Both the position numbers and the translations under genes were made by a program. The notes below the pieces were generated by a model. The model did not search any database and was not told the DNA's origin. It was given only the letters and a program-made list of their open reading frames with translations. Below, in pieces: positions 1-13,888 of a stretch of DNA of 64,000 bases (positions are counted from its first letter, which is position 1; the number at the start of each line of letters is the position of its first letter). This DNA comes from Trichinella spiralis (Eukaryota), in the NCBI RefSeq assembly GCF_000181795.1, contig NW_003526941.1, positions 7,439,118-7,503,117 on the forward strand. The letters are read 5' to 3'.

Positions 1-2317
1 ACTTTTAGATGTAAAAGATAATACAACTCAATATGTGGAATAAGTGTAGGTAAAAAATGTTCTGTTTATATGACAAATTACTTATTAAATAATTTCAACT
101 TTATTTTTTGCTGAATTGTCTTCATCGGTATATCATCAAGTACGTAATGCAACTATATTTATTACATTTATTACGTTACATGCGCTTTATATGAACGCAG
201 GATAGCGGTTGAAATGATACTTATGTGAAACAGTCATATTATAAAAAGTGATTGAAGCTGAGTAACAGTGCATCACGATGATATTTGAATTTCATTCATT
301 TTGTAATCCAATGTTTTATTTCGCTGTGTTATTTAGTATCTAATTTTTAGTTTGACTATTGCTCTGTTCATGTTTCTACCGTGATCAGTCATGTGTTTCA
401 ACAGTTCCGCTTTCTGCTTTTCTTCATCGTCACAGTAAGAATGAATTTTATGCACTTTGTTATAGCAATGGGTTGTGTCAGTGCAGTGGAACTATTTCTA
501 TAAACTTGAATATCTTTCTCTAATGGTGGTTCAGGTTTCCCTGAATGGATTGAAAAGATGTACAAAAATCTGTAAGTAATTGAGTATCTATAATCTGTTA
601 CTATAATTAATGTCTTCTAATTCCACTTATTTCTGATCCTGCATGCTTCTTGTTATCGAATTAAATAGTGTGCATCTACATAATTGAAACGTTTTGGAAT
701 TCCTGTTGCTCTTGCCAACATGGCATGTCACGTTTACCTCAATGCTTTCCAAATGTGGCATCACAAAAATAAGTACACATTTTCATTATAGGAATGGATT
801 ACATCATCGACATCGAGCTCGTTCATACTCCTGCGTTAGTTTAGGTTGGTTTAATGGCGTTACCCAGTAATGCTCCAGAAATCTGTGTGGCTTCGCTTAT
901 CACAGGCGTACGATATAATTAAATAATGATTGTAATAGTAGCATATATCGTGAATATAGTCTACTTGCGCTGGTTTTCGGATACATCACACAAGTCTGGT
1001 AGTGCGTGTTGCCATCAGTTCGTTTGGTGTGTATTTTTGTAGAGTATTATGTGAGTAGGTAAGTTTTAGTATTTTGTAAATACAGATTTTGTTTTTTATT
1101 GATGAGTGATAGCATCCACACTGCGGTGTTGCTTATCACATGCTAAGAATTGAAAATTTCACCGCATTACTGTTGAAGGTTGCATCATGAAGGACAAATG
1201 TTGTATGACTAACAAGTAGTTTTTATGAAAATTTGTATACTTCGTAATTAAGGAACAACAAATCACTGTTGTTTGTTTTTAATTTTTTATAATATGGTTG
1301 TTTTATATCAATGTTATTTGTTATGCTTTATTGTTCAGCACACTTGTTTTGCAAATATTTTCAGAATCAAATTACGTTTAGATATAGATGTATGAAGTTG
1401 CTGCATTCTTTGGTAACTATCCGTTATTGAACATGATTTTTTTACAAAGATTCGTGATCACGTCGATAAATACGTCATCACAAAGCACTACCACCTGTTG
1501 ATGCCGCTCAGTTTGGCGACGTATGTACATTTTACTTTTATATACTATGAAAGTTGCAAAGTGTAAATTTTGTCGTTTTAGTTTTTCAGGTTTTCATAAT
1601 TTTGCTTTTCATAATAATTGCTTTTTATAATTTTATATAATTACTGTTTGGTACTAGTGTTTTCAAGATTTTTCATTTCAGTTTAGGTAAGAATTCATTT
1701 TACTTCTGGATTCAGAGAGTCAGTTAAAGGCAAAATGGCTATGTAAATAGCGAAAAGTAAAAAGTAAAGTCTAAGTCTGAAAAGACAAGGAAGCTATGGG
1801 TAAGTATGAAGATAAATAGTCTAATAGTTAAGTCTAATAGTCAGGTAAGAATAGGTGTGAAGGTAAGTATAAATGTGAAGGTGAGTACTGCATAGGTGAA
1901 GGCAGGTAGTGTGTAGTGTGAAGGTAAATATTGTATAGGATGAAGGTAAGTAGTGTATAGTGTGAAGGTAAGTAGTGTTTAGGGTGAAGGTAAGTATAAC
2001 TGTGAAAGTAGTGCACAGGATGAAGGTAAGTATAATTGTGAAGGTAAGTGTAAGTGTGAAGGCAAGTGGTGTATAGGGTGAAGGTGAGTGGTAAGAAGGT
2101 AAGTATAAATGTGAAGGTGTACTGCATAGGTGAAGGCAGGTAGTGTGTAGTGTGAAGGTAAATATTGTAAAGTAAAGGCAAGTATAATTGTGAAGGTAAG
2201 TGCAAGTGTGAAGGTGAGTACTGCATCCGTGAAGGTAAGTATAATTGTGAAGGTAAGTATAAGTGTGAAGGTAAGTAGTGCCTAGGGTGAAGGTAAGTAT
2301 AAGTGTGAAGGTAAGTA
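1..2317. repeat. Inverted paralogous copy of ~3586-5830
   Basis: 1-60 (acttttagatgtaaaagataatacaactcaat...) is the reverse complement of ~5770-5830. Collinearity continues to the minisatellite. Some blocks are near-identical and others clearly diverged. Confidence 0.9.
1857..2317 (+). repeat. Minisatellite of ~24 units of GTGAAGGTAAGT plus a short variable tail (mostly 18-22 nt), truncated by a gap
   Basis: Units counted directly. A ~75-nt block (aaggtaagtataaatgtgaaggtg...gtaaatattgta) recurs at ~1860 and ~2095, giving a higher-order period of ~235 nt. Confidence 0.95.
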
Positions 2318-2327
2318 NNNNNNNNNN

Positions 2328-3346
2328 TGAGCGGCATCACAGGTGGTAGTGCTTTGTGATGACGTATTTATCGACGTGATACGAATCTTTGTAAAAAAAA
2401 CATGTTCAATAACGGATAGTTACCAAAGAATGCAGCAACTTCATACATCTATCTAAACGTAATTTGATTCTGAAAATATTTGCAAAACAAGTGTGCTGAA
2501 CAATAAAGCATAACAAATAACATTGATATAAAACAACCATATTATAAAAAATTAATTAAAGACAAATATTGCAGTTCTTTAAACAAAGTGCATTGCAGTT
2601 CTTTAATTAGAAAGTATACAAATTTGTAGAAAAACTACTTCCTAGCCATACATCATTTGTCCTTCAGGATGCAAGCATTTCAACAGTTACGCGCTGATAT
2701 TTTCAATTAAACATCCTAAGCATGTGATAAGCAACACCGCAGTGTGAACACTATCACTCATCAATAAAAAACAAAATCTCTACTTACAAAATACTAAAAC
2801 TTACCTACTCACATAATACTCTACAAAAATACTCACCAAACGAACTGATGGCAACACGCACTACCAGACTTGTGTGATGTATCCGAAAACCAGCGCAAGT
2901 AGACTATATTCACGATATATGCTACTATTACTATCATTATTTAATTATATCGTACGCCTGTGATAAGCGAAGCCACACAGATTTCTGGAGCATTACTGGG
3001 TAACGCCATTAAACCAACCTAAACTAACGCAGGAGTATGAACGAGCTCGATGTCGATGATGTAATCCATTCCTATAATGAAAATGTGTACTTATTTTTGT
3101 GATGCCACATTTGGAAAGCATTGAGGTAAACGTGACATGCCATGTTGGCAAGAGCAACAGGAATTCCAAAACGTTTCAATTATGTTGATGCACACTATTT
3201 AATTCGATAACAAGAAGCATGCAAGGATCAGAAATAAGTGGAATTAGAAGACATTAATAATAGTACAGATTTATAGATACTCAATTACTTACAGGATTTT
3301 TTGTACCATCTTTTTCAATCCCATTCAGGGGGAAACCCTGAACCAC
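2328..3346 (+). repeat. Near-identical direct copy of 4287-5297
   Basis: Both start tgagcggcatca(a)caggtggtagtgc. The 3' end accumulates homopolymer indels just before the 10-N gap. Confidence 0.9.
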
Positions 3347-3585
3347 NNNNNNNNNNGAACACTACTTAACTTTTTACATTACCTACCTTTACACTTATAC
3401 TTACTTTAATAAGGTTCCTTCCCCTAATACAGTACTCCCCTCCCACTTATATATTCCCTTTCACAATTATTTTCCTTACCCTAAACACACTTTTCTTTCC
3501 AATTTTAATTTTCCTCTCCCTAAACAACACTTTTTTTCTCCACTTTTATTTTTTTCTCCGAGGCGGCAGTCCCCCCCCCCAACAT

Positions 3586-3945
3586 ATATACTTACCTTCA
3601 CACTTATACTTACCTTCACCCTATACAATATTTACCTTCACACTACACACTACCTACCTTCACCTATGCAGTACACCTTCACATTTATACTTACCTTCTT
3701 ACCACTCACCTTCACCCTATACACCACTTGCCTTCACACTTACACTTACCTTTACAATTATACTTACCTTCATCCTGTACACTACTTTCACAGTTATACT
3801 TACCTTCACCCTAAACACTACTTTCACACTATACACTACTTACCTTCATCCTATACAATATTTACCTTCACACTACACATTACCTGCCTTCACCTATGCA
3901 GTACTCACGTTCACATTTATACTTACCTTCACACCTATTCTTACC
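3586..3945 (-). repeat. Second copy of the GTGAAGGTAAGT minisatellite (reads TACTTACCTTCAC on +)
   Basis: Reverse complement of the left part of 1857-2317. A degraded or low-quality version continues leftwards to 3357. Confidence 0.93.
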
Positions 3946-6903
3946 TGACTATTAGACTATTAGACTTAACTATTAGACTATTTATCTTCATACTTACCCA
4001 TAGCTTCCTTGTCTTTTCAGACTTAGACTTTACTTTTTACTTTTCGCTATTTACATAGCCATTTTGCCTTTAACTGACTCTCTGAATCCAGAAGTAAAAT
4101 GAATTCTTACCTAAACTGAAATGAAAAATCTTGAAAACACTAGTACCAAACAGTACTTATAAGAAATTATAAAAAGCAATTATTATGAAAAGCAAAATTA
4201 TGAAAACCTGAAAAACTAAAACGACAAAATTTACACTTTGCAACTTTCATAGTATATAAAAGTAAAATGTACATACGTCGCCAAACTGAGCGGCATCAAC
4301 AGGTGGTAGTGCTTTGTGATGACGTATTTATCGACGTGATTACGAATCTTTGTAAAAAAAACATGTTCAATAACGGATAGTTACCAAAGAATGCAGCAAC
4401 TTCATACATCTATCTAAACGTAATTTGATTCTGAAAATATTTGCAAAACAAGTGTGCTGAACAATAAAGCATAACAAATAACATTGATATAAAACAACCA
4501 TATTATAAAAAATTAATTAAAGACAAATATTGCAGTTCTTTAAACAAAGTGCATTGCAGTTCTTTAATTAGAAAGTATACAAATTTGTAGAAAAACTACT
4601 TCCTAGCCATACATCATTTGTCCTTCAGGATGCAAGCATTTCAACAGTTACGCGCTGATATTTTCAATTAAACATCCTAAGCATGTGATAAGCAACACCG
4701 CAGTGTGAACACTATCACTCATCAATAAAAAACAAAATCTCTACTTACAAAATACTAAAACTTACCTACTCACATAATACTCTACAAAAATACTCACCAA
4801 ACGAACTGATGGCAACACGCACTACCAGACTTGTGTGATGTATCCGAAAACCAGCGCAAGTAGACTATATTCACGATATATGCTACTATTACTATCATTA
4901 TTTAATTATATCGTACGCCTGTGATAAGCGAAGCCACACAGATTTCTGGAGCATTACTGGGTAACGCCATTAAACCAACCTAAACTAACGCAGGAGTATG
5001 AACGAGCTCGATGTCGATGATGTAATCCATTCCTATAATGAAAATGTGTACTTATTTTTGTGATGCCACATTTGGAAAGCATTGAGGTAAACGTGACATG
5101 CCATGTTGGCAAGAGCAACAGGAATTCCAAAACGTTTCAATTATGTTGATGCACACTATTTAATTCGATAACAAGAAGCATGCAGGATCAGAAATAAGTG
5201 GAATTAGAAGACATTAATAATAGTAACAGATTATAGATACTCAATTACTTACAGATTTTTGTACATCTTTTCAATCCATTCAGGGAAACCTGAACCACCA
5301 TTAGAGAAAGATATTCAAGTTTATAGAAATAGTTCCACTGCACTGACACAACCCATTGCTATAACAAAGTGCATAAAATTCATTCTTACAGTGACGATGA
5401 AGAAAACCAGAAAGCGGAACTGTTGAGACACATAACTGATCACGGTAGAAACATGAACAGAGCAATAGTCAAACTAAAAATTAGATACTAAATAACACAG
5501 CGAAATAATACATTGGATTACAAAATGAAATTCAAATATCATCGTGATGCACTGTTATTCGGTCGGCTTCAATCACTTTTTATAATACGGCTGTTTCTCA
5601 TAAGTATCATTTCAACCGCTATCCTGAGTTCATATAAAGCGCACGCAACCTAATATATAGAACAGAAATAAATATAGTAGCATTACGTCCTTGAAGACAT
5701 ACCAATGAAGTCAATTAAGCAAAAAATAAAGTTGAAATTATTTAATAAGTAATTTGTCATATAAACAGAATATTTTTTACCTACACTTATTCCACATATT
5801 GAGTTGTATTATCTTTTACATCTAAAAAGTTGTATTTCTAATGTAAAATTCAAATTTCAAATTTACTAAAATCAAAGGCAACCAATATATAATATTACTT
5901 ACATCACGTTGCACGTACGAATACAATAACAGACGTGCTGCTGATGGCGTTGCTAACTTACAATCTAAATATCTCGCAAATAATCATTTGGCGCAGCTGC
6001 TTGTTGACCATCATTTGTATTGAAATTTCACGGAAGTAAACAAGATTGCAAATCAACAGCAGATAAAAATAATAATGATGCATAGTGGCATCATCTTCTC
6101 ATGATAGGATTTTTTAAATTCATTGATATGAAAATACAATAATGTAAATTCTAAAAGTGAATTATATTAATGCAGTCATCTCTAAATAAAAACAGAAATA
6201 GATACTTCTTCGTCTTCAGCATCCGATGTATCTAAAACTTAGCAATAATAACACTAGAAAGACACCCGCCAGTTTCCATTCACCATATATGTAAAGTAAC
6301 ATGCATAGCATACCAAAACCAAAATATCAAATCCAACTTACCAGTTATTCATGGATGGTGCTGAAGAGCGGAATTATAGTTGACCACGTGCTAGATTGAT
6401 AGCATTGCAGTGAACTGCATAACCTAATAAAATCCATGTGCTTGGTCAATTGTATAATAAATAAATTATGCAAATCACTATTTACTTTGCGTCACGAAGA
6501 ACAACCTAATTTTCCATCAGTAATAGCGCAGTAAAATGAACATTATGAGCAACATTATGAACCGACACGATTAAATTTATTACGTTTCTATTTACACACT
6601 TCATATTACTACGTAATAGCGCATTGTTATGCAAATTTTTTCCCTAAAATTACCTAAAAGGAAATATTATTAACCTGAAGCATCGCAGATTACTAAAAAT
6701 AAACGGAAATGCTATCATTGCGTATTTATGCATGTTGTGTAATTTAGTTGCATGAAAGTACAAGGTGATTCAATAATTTATATTTTATCAATGTTTTTCA
6801 TTTAATCAAAATTATATGGATAATAAAAAAATAGCTTCCACTGAAAATAGTTTCGAAAATAAAATGCGTTTTCAGATTTATAGAAAATTAAACNNNNNNN
6901 NNN

Positions 6904-7265
6904 CTAAGGCTATCCCCCCGGCAATTTATAGCACAATATTTGGCCTAAGGAGGTTTTTATGCAAATTTTTAGTCGCCTCAGGGCAATATGCAAATTTTTA
7001 TATGCCCTCAGGCTACGCCTGGGGCTATGCCTCAGGCAATTTTTTGAAAATTTTGAAATTTTTTGAAATTTAGCCGCAGGCGTCGCCTCAGGCTATGCCC
7101 CAGGGCAAATAAAAATTTGCATATTCCCTCAGGCTACGCCCAAAGCATTTTATTGCACAATATTTGCCTTCAGGGGGATATGCAAATTTTTATTTGCCTT
7201 CAGGCTATGCCCAGGGCATTCCCTCAGGTATTTTTTTCGAAAAATTTGCATAATTCAGCACCCGG
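6904..7265. repeat. GC-rich palindromic minisatellite (CCTCAGGCTA(T/C)GCC and ATGCAAATTTTTA modules)
   Basis: The modules repeat in both orientations. gggcaaataaaaatttgcatattccct (~7103-7128) is the inverted repeat of ggatatgcaaatttttatttgcc (~7176-7198). Confidence 0.85.
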
Positions 7266-7895
7266 CTTTACTTCTGCAACTACATCTACAATTACCAAAT
7301 TCCCACGCAGCGTAGGGCTCATACTTACCTTTACCTCTACGCTATCGAACTTCAATCCACTTAACTCTACGATATCACTCTTCTTTATACTTACCNNNNN
7401 NNNNNNNNNNNNNNNNNNNNNNNNNNNNNNNNNNNNNNNNNNNNNNNNNNNNNNNNNNNNNNNNNNNNNNNNNNNNNNNNNNNNNNNNNNNNNNNNNNNN
7501 NNNNNNNNNNNNNNNNNNNNNNNNNNNNNNNNNNNNNNNNNNNNNNNNNNNNNNNNNNNNNNNNNNNNNNNNNNNNNNNNNNNNNNNNNNNNNNNNNNNN
7601 NNNNNNNNNNNNNNNNNNNNNNNNNNNNNNNNNNNNNNNNNNNNNNNNNNNNNNNNNNNNNNNNNNNNNNNNNNNNNNNNNNNNNNNNNNNNNNNNNNNN
7701 NNNNNNNNNNNNNNNNNNNNNNNNNNNNNNNNNNNNNNNNNNNNNNNNNNNNNNNNNNNNNNNNNNNNNNNNNNNNNNNNNNNNNNNNNNNNNNNNNNNN
7801 NNNNNNNNNNNNNNNNNNNNNNNNNNNNNNNNNNNNNNNNNNNNNNNNNNNNNNNNNNNNNNNNNNNNNNNNNNNNNNNNNNNNNNNNNNNNNNN

Positions 7896-10800
7896 NTTTT
7901 ACCAAATGTTTTCATTTAATCAAAAATTATATGGAATAATAAAAAAAATAGCTTCCACTGAAAATAAGTTTCGAAAAATAAAAATGCGTTTTCAGATTTA
8001 TAGAAAAATAAAACAGTTGTCATGAAATTTTATGATGATAACTGCAAACAGAAATTTTATGATATACAATTTATCTCAGCACGAGAATTTAACAAGAGCG
8101 CAGGGTAGACATCGTGATGGTAAGCGGCTGCACCAGTGGGTTTGCCACTTGACAGCTTATTTTCTATTAAAACTTTGCTTTAACTAAACTTTGTTTACAC
8201 AGTATGATGATTTATAATAAAACTGCAAACTTGGTTGAGCACTGCATCAGCGCGCCACATACAATGTAAGATAAACCTACCAGCAGAAATTAAGTAACTC
8301 AACGATTTGCAATGAATTCAAGAAACTTAAGCGGGTGACAATTCTGTATTGCATTTCATGAAAAGAATAAAACAAAAGAATCACGAGTAGCCTGGATTTG
8401 GATATATTGTTAGTCGACAGCAATTATGAGAAATTAGATTTATATGAGATGAAAACAGCTAAGTGCTGTTCATTCAATTCTAAATAGGGGGAGGGGCAGA
8501 ATTTTCAGTTTAATACAATCTCTGTTCAGGTTAGTATTATTACGAGCTCAATGATGGGGATCATTAGACAGGAAAAGAGGTCGGGACAGCATAGCAGGAA
8601 GGAATGAGGGAGAAGTTGAGGGATGGAGGAGGTGGAAATTGTCATATGCGTTCTTCTACTCAATCTCCACGTATAATATTCAGGCGTTGTTTCATTTATC
8701 AATATTGCCAACATTGATGGGCATTGAGTTATTTTCTCAATGACAGAAAATAGGGGCATCTGTATAAGTCAGTGCTATTGGCGATACAATAACATAACAG
8801 AAACTTTAAGGAGTCATTTCAAAAATGAAGGGAACGGTACTTCCATTCTGGAAGTATCAAAGGTGGTAGTATAAAAGTGTCTTCTCTAGCTAACAGCAGC
8901 TTTCCTATGTCATGCTGAAACAATCTTGTGCACGATTTGAGCAGTGACAAGCATTTAGGGGTGCGATTGTGCGACAGCAGTATCCCGGTAACAGACATTT
9001 CCTTTAAACAATTGGGCAAGTATGTTACCTTAGGAATAAACATTACAGTGGACAGTAAAGATAATGCGGGAGGAGTTCAACTGCAATGTCAGAGTACTAC
9101 TTTACAAATGGATTTGAAAAGAATATTGAAAATTATAGCAAAATATAACATTAGTACTATTATATATTGGCTTCTCCGTAATAAAGTCTCGAATATTAGT
9201 TGAATATCATTACTGAAGAACAACGCGCTAGTTTGCATTCAAAAAGACTAAAATTAAGCAACTACGAAAAGCTTAAAAAGCGCTCATGTTTAGTGCAGTG
9301 TGCCAAGAGAAAGAAAGAAAACATTGTATGAAAAATAGCAAATATATGAAAATTCATACCTGTCAGCAAACCTATCAGGGATGACGTATAAGGCAAACGT
9401 AGACTCATACATTTTGTAAAAGATGTTCGTGGTTTCTTCATATTTTTAGTCTAACAATCACAACGCATTTGTTGAACTGAACCATGAAAATGACCAAATA
9501 ACGCAGTGCAGTAAGTAATTAGACCGCCTTCAGCAGCGAACGTTTATACTATAGTGCAGTTCTCTCAATAAACAGAAATTTATATAATTATAAAAATCAC
9601 AAAATTTGAATAGCACAAAGTTCACGTAGCAGAATGCCAACGGCAGTGTTCACCATCACATTAGCATAAAGTTACTCTTCTGACCTAAAAATGCATGTAT
9701 GCCTTGAAAACGTATAATAACAATGTAATGCGCCAACACCAAATGTTATAATAATTACTGAACAACAACAACATCCTGAATACGTTACAGATCAAAGCCA
9801 CTATCTATCACAAATAATATTATGGCGTAAATTAAAGAATTATAAAATAGTGTCTTACGTAAATGGGGCTTCACTGGCTCGATAATAATTTGTCGCAATA
9901 TTCAGCAAAATTCATTCATTAATTTAATGGAACTGATATTTGGAGAAAAAAAATTAAAAAAACATGCAAATGTACAATATCAGAAGAAAGAAAGTGTAAA
10001 TCAAATTAATAAAAAGAAATAATAGGAGAAATAAAAAAATGAATAAAATGCATAAAGTAAAGTAAAGAAAAATAAAGTATGAACGAATGAAAAAATGAAA
10101 AATGAAAATAAAATTAAAAAATTTGCTTTGGAAATGGTACAAAATTAAACTATGTAAAAAAAAGAAAAAGAAAAATTACAACATGAACAAAAATTAAAAA
10201 TTATTTCGACACATGAAAGCAGTTGCATACAAAAGTTTTGCTGCGTGAAAGACCCAGTACTGCATTAATTCAAAACTCAGCCATGCAGGCTGGTCGTTAA
10301 CTTAATTACAACTATGGGATAACTTCGCCTTTTCGAAGTATCCCAATCCCAGACCTACAGAATTTGGGTCCCAGGAACTTTGTCTTCTCTTGTTCTGCTT
10401 CGTGTCGTCCTCGATCTGCTGCGTTTCGCCGCGTTTTCACATTTTCTTTGCTCCTTTCTTTAAACCTGTAATAATGATATTAAATCAAAACTCTTCACTT
10501 TATCACAAAATAGAGATTACAACAAATATAATAATTAAGTGCTATCTAATTAAAAAATAATTGTTTACATAATGAGTATACAAAATTTATAAAAAAATAA
10601 AAGCAGAAAAGTAGAATACTTGTCAGTAATTCTGAAACCGACTTCAGCAGCTACTTAACGCTATAATGAACTCAGAGAACGTTCAACGATGCTACCAATT
10701 GCCACGTAAATTAACAAACAAACGCACCCTTACTGATGATAAGGCAGCGTTATAGCGATAGTCATTTGCATAATGCAGCGTTTGAAACGGATTTTAGTGC

Positions 10801-12682
10801 GCTAGAATTTTGGCTGAAGAATAAAGTTCTAACTAGCCATAATATGGAGCGAAGAATGCCCTGCTAACTNNNNNNNNNNAAATAAATTATGCAAATGCAC
10901 TATTTACTTTGCGTCACGAAGAACAACCTAATTTTCCATCAGTAATAGCGCTGTTAGAAATGAACCATATAAGCGAACATTATGAACCGACACGATTAAA
11001 TTTATTACGTTTCTATTTACACACTTCATATTACTACGTAATAGCGCATTGTTATGCAAATTTTTTCCCTAAAATTACCTAAAAGGAAATATTATTAACC
11101 TGAAGCATCGCAGATTACTAAAAATAAACGGAAATGCTATCATTGCGTATTTATGCATGTTGTGTAATTTAGTTGCATGAAAGTACAAGGTGATTCAATA
11201 ATTTATATTTTATCAATGTTTTTCATTTAATCAAAATTATATGGATAATAAAAAAATAGCTTCCACTGAAAATAGTTTCGAAAATAAAATGCGTTTTCAG
11301 ATTTATAGAAAATTAAACAGTTGTCATGAAATTTTATGATGATAACTGCAACAGAAATTTTATGATATACAATTTATCTCAGCACAGAATTTAACAAGAG
11401 CGCAGGGTAGACATCGTGATGGTAAGCGGCTGCACCAGTGGGTTTGCCACTTGACAGCTTATTTTCTATTAAAACTTTGCTTTAACTAAACTTTGTTTAC
11501 ACAGTATGATGATTTATAATAAAACTGCAAACTTGGTTGAGCACTGCATCAGCGCGCCACATACAATGTAAGATAAACCTACCTGCAGAAATTAAGTAAC
11601 TCAACGATTTGCAATGAATTCAAGAAACTTAAGCGGGTGACAATTCTGTATTGCATTTCATGAAAAGAATAAAACAAAAGAATCACGAGTAGCCTGGATT
11701 TGGATATATTGTTAGTCGACAGCAATTATGAGAAATTAGATTTATATGAGATGAAAACAGCTAAGTGCTGTTCATTCAATTCTAAATAGGGGGAGGGGCA
11801 GAATTTTCAGTTTAATACAATCTCTGTTAAGGTTAGTATTATTACGAGCTCAATGATGGGGATCATTAGACAGGAAAAGAGGTCGGGACAGCATAGCAGG
11901 AAGGAATGAGGGAGAAGTTGAGGGATGGAGGAGGTGGAAATTGTCATATGCGTTCTTCTACTCAATCTCCACGTATAATATTCAGGCGTTGTTTCATTTA
12001 TCAATATTGCCAACATTGATGGGCATTGAGTTATTTTCTCAATGACAGAAAATAGGGGCATCTGTATAAGTCAGTGCTATTGGCGATACAATAACATAAT
12101 ATAAACTCTAAGGAGTCATTTCAAAAATGAAGGGAACGGTACTTCCATTCTGGAAGTATCAAAGGTGGTAGTATAAAAGTGTCTTCTCTAGCTAACAGCA
12201 GCTTTCCTATGTCATGCTGAAACAATCTTGTGCACGATTTGAGCAGTGACAAGCATTTAGGGGTGCGATTGTGCGACAGCAGTATCCCGGTAACAGACAT
12301 TTCCTTTAAACAATTGGGCAAGTATGTTACCTTAGGAATAAACATTACAGTGGACAGTAAAGATAATGCGGGAGGAGTTCAACTGCAATGTCAGAGAACT
12401 ACTTTACAAATGGATTTGAAAAGAATATTGAAAATTATAGCAAAAATATAACATTAGTACTATTTATATATTGGGCTTCTCCGTTATAAAAGTCTCGAAT
12501 TATAACGGGAATATGCATGACTGAATGAAACAAACGCGCTGCGGTTTGCATTGCGAAAAGACTAAAATTAAGCAACTGCCGAAAAAGCTTAAAATGGCGT
12601 GTCATGTTTAAGTGGCAGGTGTGTGCGAGGAGAAAAGAAAGAAAAACACTTTATATTGAAAAATATGCAAATTTTTTTGAAA
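7896..12682 (+). repeat. Direct duplication 7897-9345 / 11208-12682 (also 6460-6893 / 10880-11318)
   Basis: Identical short ORF translations appear twice in the ORF track (8526/11807, 8819/12121, 8928/12230), and copy ends abut N gaps. Confidence 0.9.
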
Positions 12683-13390
12683 NNNNNNNNNNCGTGTCGT
12701 CCTCGATCTGCTGCGTTTCGCCGCGTTTTCACATTTTCTTTGCTCCTTTCTTTAAACCTGTAATAATGATATTAAATCAAAACTCTTCACTTTATCACAA
12801 AATAGAGATTACAACAAATATAATAATTAAGTGCTATCTAATTAAAAAATAATTGTTTACATAATGAGTATACAAAATTTATAAAAAATAAAAAGCAGAA
12901 AAATGAAATACTTGTCAGTAATTCTGAAACCGACTTCAGCAGCTACTTAACACTATAATGAACTCAGATGGACGCTCAACGATGCTGCTAATTGGCACGT
13001 AAATTAAACTGACAAACGCACCCTTGCTGATGATAAGGCGGCGTTTATGCAATTAGTTATTTGCATAATGCAGCCGCTAGATGCGGTTTTTAGTTGCCTG
13101 TAGAACTGTTGGCTGAAGATGAAGTCTAACCTAAGCCCACGTTGCAATATAAACAGAATGATGGACCGTTAAATACTACCAATAAGGAAAGGGACTTATT
13201 GAAATGCAAAAACTGACTATGAACATTTAACTTCAGTCAATCATATAAACTTATTCTGACAAAAGAACCGCCATAAACAAAAACAAAATTGGGACTTAGA
13301 ACAAAAACCCCCCAGCCGATATTTCCTGAAAAATTTTNNNNNNNNNNAAGCCATAATATGAGCAGAAGAAATGCACTGCTAACTTCTATC
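10401..13390 (+). repeat. Direct duplication 10401-10869 / 12693-13200, overlapping again at 13348-13390
   Basis: cgtgtcgtcctcgatctgctgcg... occurs at 10401 and 12693. The second copy degrades towards the gap at 13338. Confidence 0.85.
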
Positions 13391-13888
13391 AATAAGGAAA
13401 TGGCTATTAGAAAATTCAAAAATCACCAAAAATGATTACAATTCAGTCATAATATAAACTATCTGATAAAAAACGTCATAACAAAACAAAATTCACTTAG
13501 ACAAAACACACCTACGTATGTCTGAAAATTTTCGTAAGCCATTAAAGCAAGTGGTTCAAATGAAGCTAATTTTAAGTGAACAATTTGCGGGCAAAAGCTT
13601 GCTTAGGGTCAATTGAAAGTGCATGTTAGCTACTGCAAAGGTGATTTTCGAAAGACCGTATTTTAATAATAGATAAACTATGCGTACACGGTGTATTTAA
13701 TCACACTTAATTGTACGGAAATTTGTCGTTTATTAAGTCACCTATCATCTCATGCTGAGAATTCTTCACCGAGAATATATTGAGAAATTATGCTCAATAT
13801 CGACTCTCAATTGTGTTAAATGATTAAAACTCAAAAATGAAAAAACTGCCACTTACTGTTAAATTCGTCATCTTCTCATCGTTAATGT

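Noticed and set aside
340..840. Possible spliced gene within the inverted repeat (also a DDEENQKAELLRH frame near 5390)
   Set aside because: Short open frames exist on both strands. The model needs a 31-nt intron, lacks a start and matches no family I recognise.
1857..2317. CRISPR array or spliced-leader RNA gene array
   Set aside because: The context is eukaryotic with no cas genes, and the spacers are short and repeated. The units lack an Sm site and SL stem-loops, although some are 22 nt and end in AAG|GT.
1834..4058. ORFs 1834-2340 (-) and 3666-4058 (+), rich in Y/L/H/T/P
   Set aside because: They are translations of the minisatellite, one crosses an N gap, and neither resembles a protein family.
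7321..7395. U1 snRNA gene (ATACTTACCT)
   Set aside because: The match stops after about 10 nt, with no U1 stem-loops or Sm site visible before the gap.
7063..8025. Long ORFs spanning 7396-7895
   Set aside because: Artefacts of the 500-N gap.
8526..9203. GC-richer short ORFs, duplicated at 11807-12451, as a viral or transposon relic
   Set aside because: No recognisable RT, integrase, transposase or viral motifs; this cannot be supported without TBLASTX or HMM searches.
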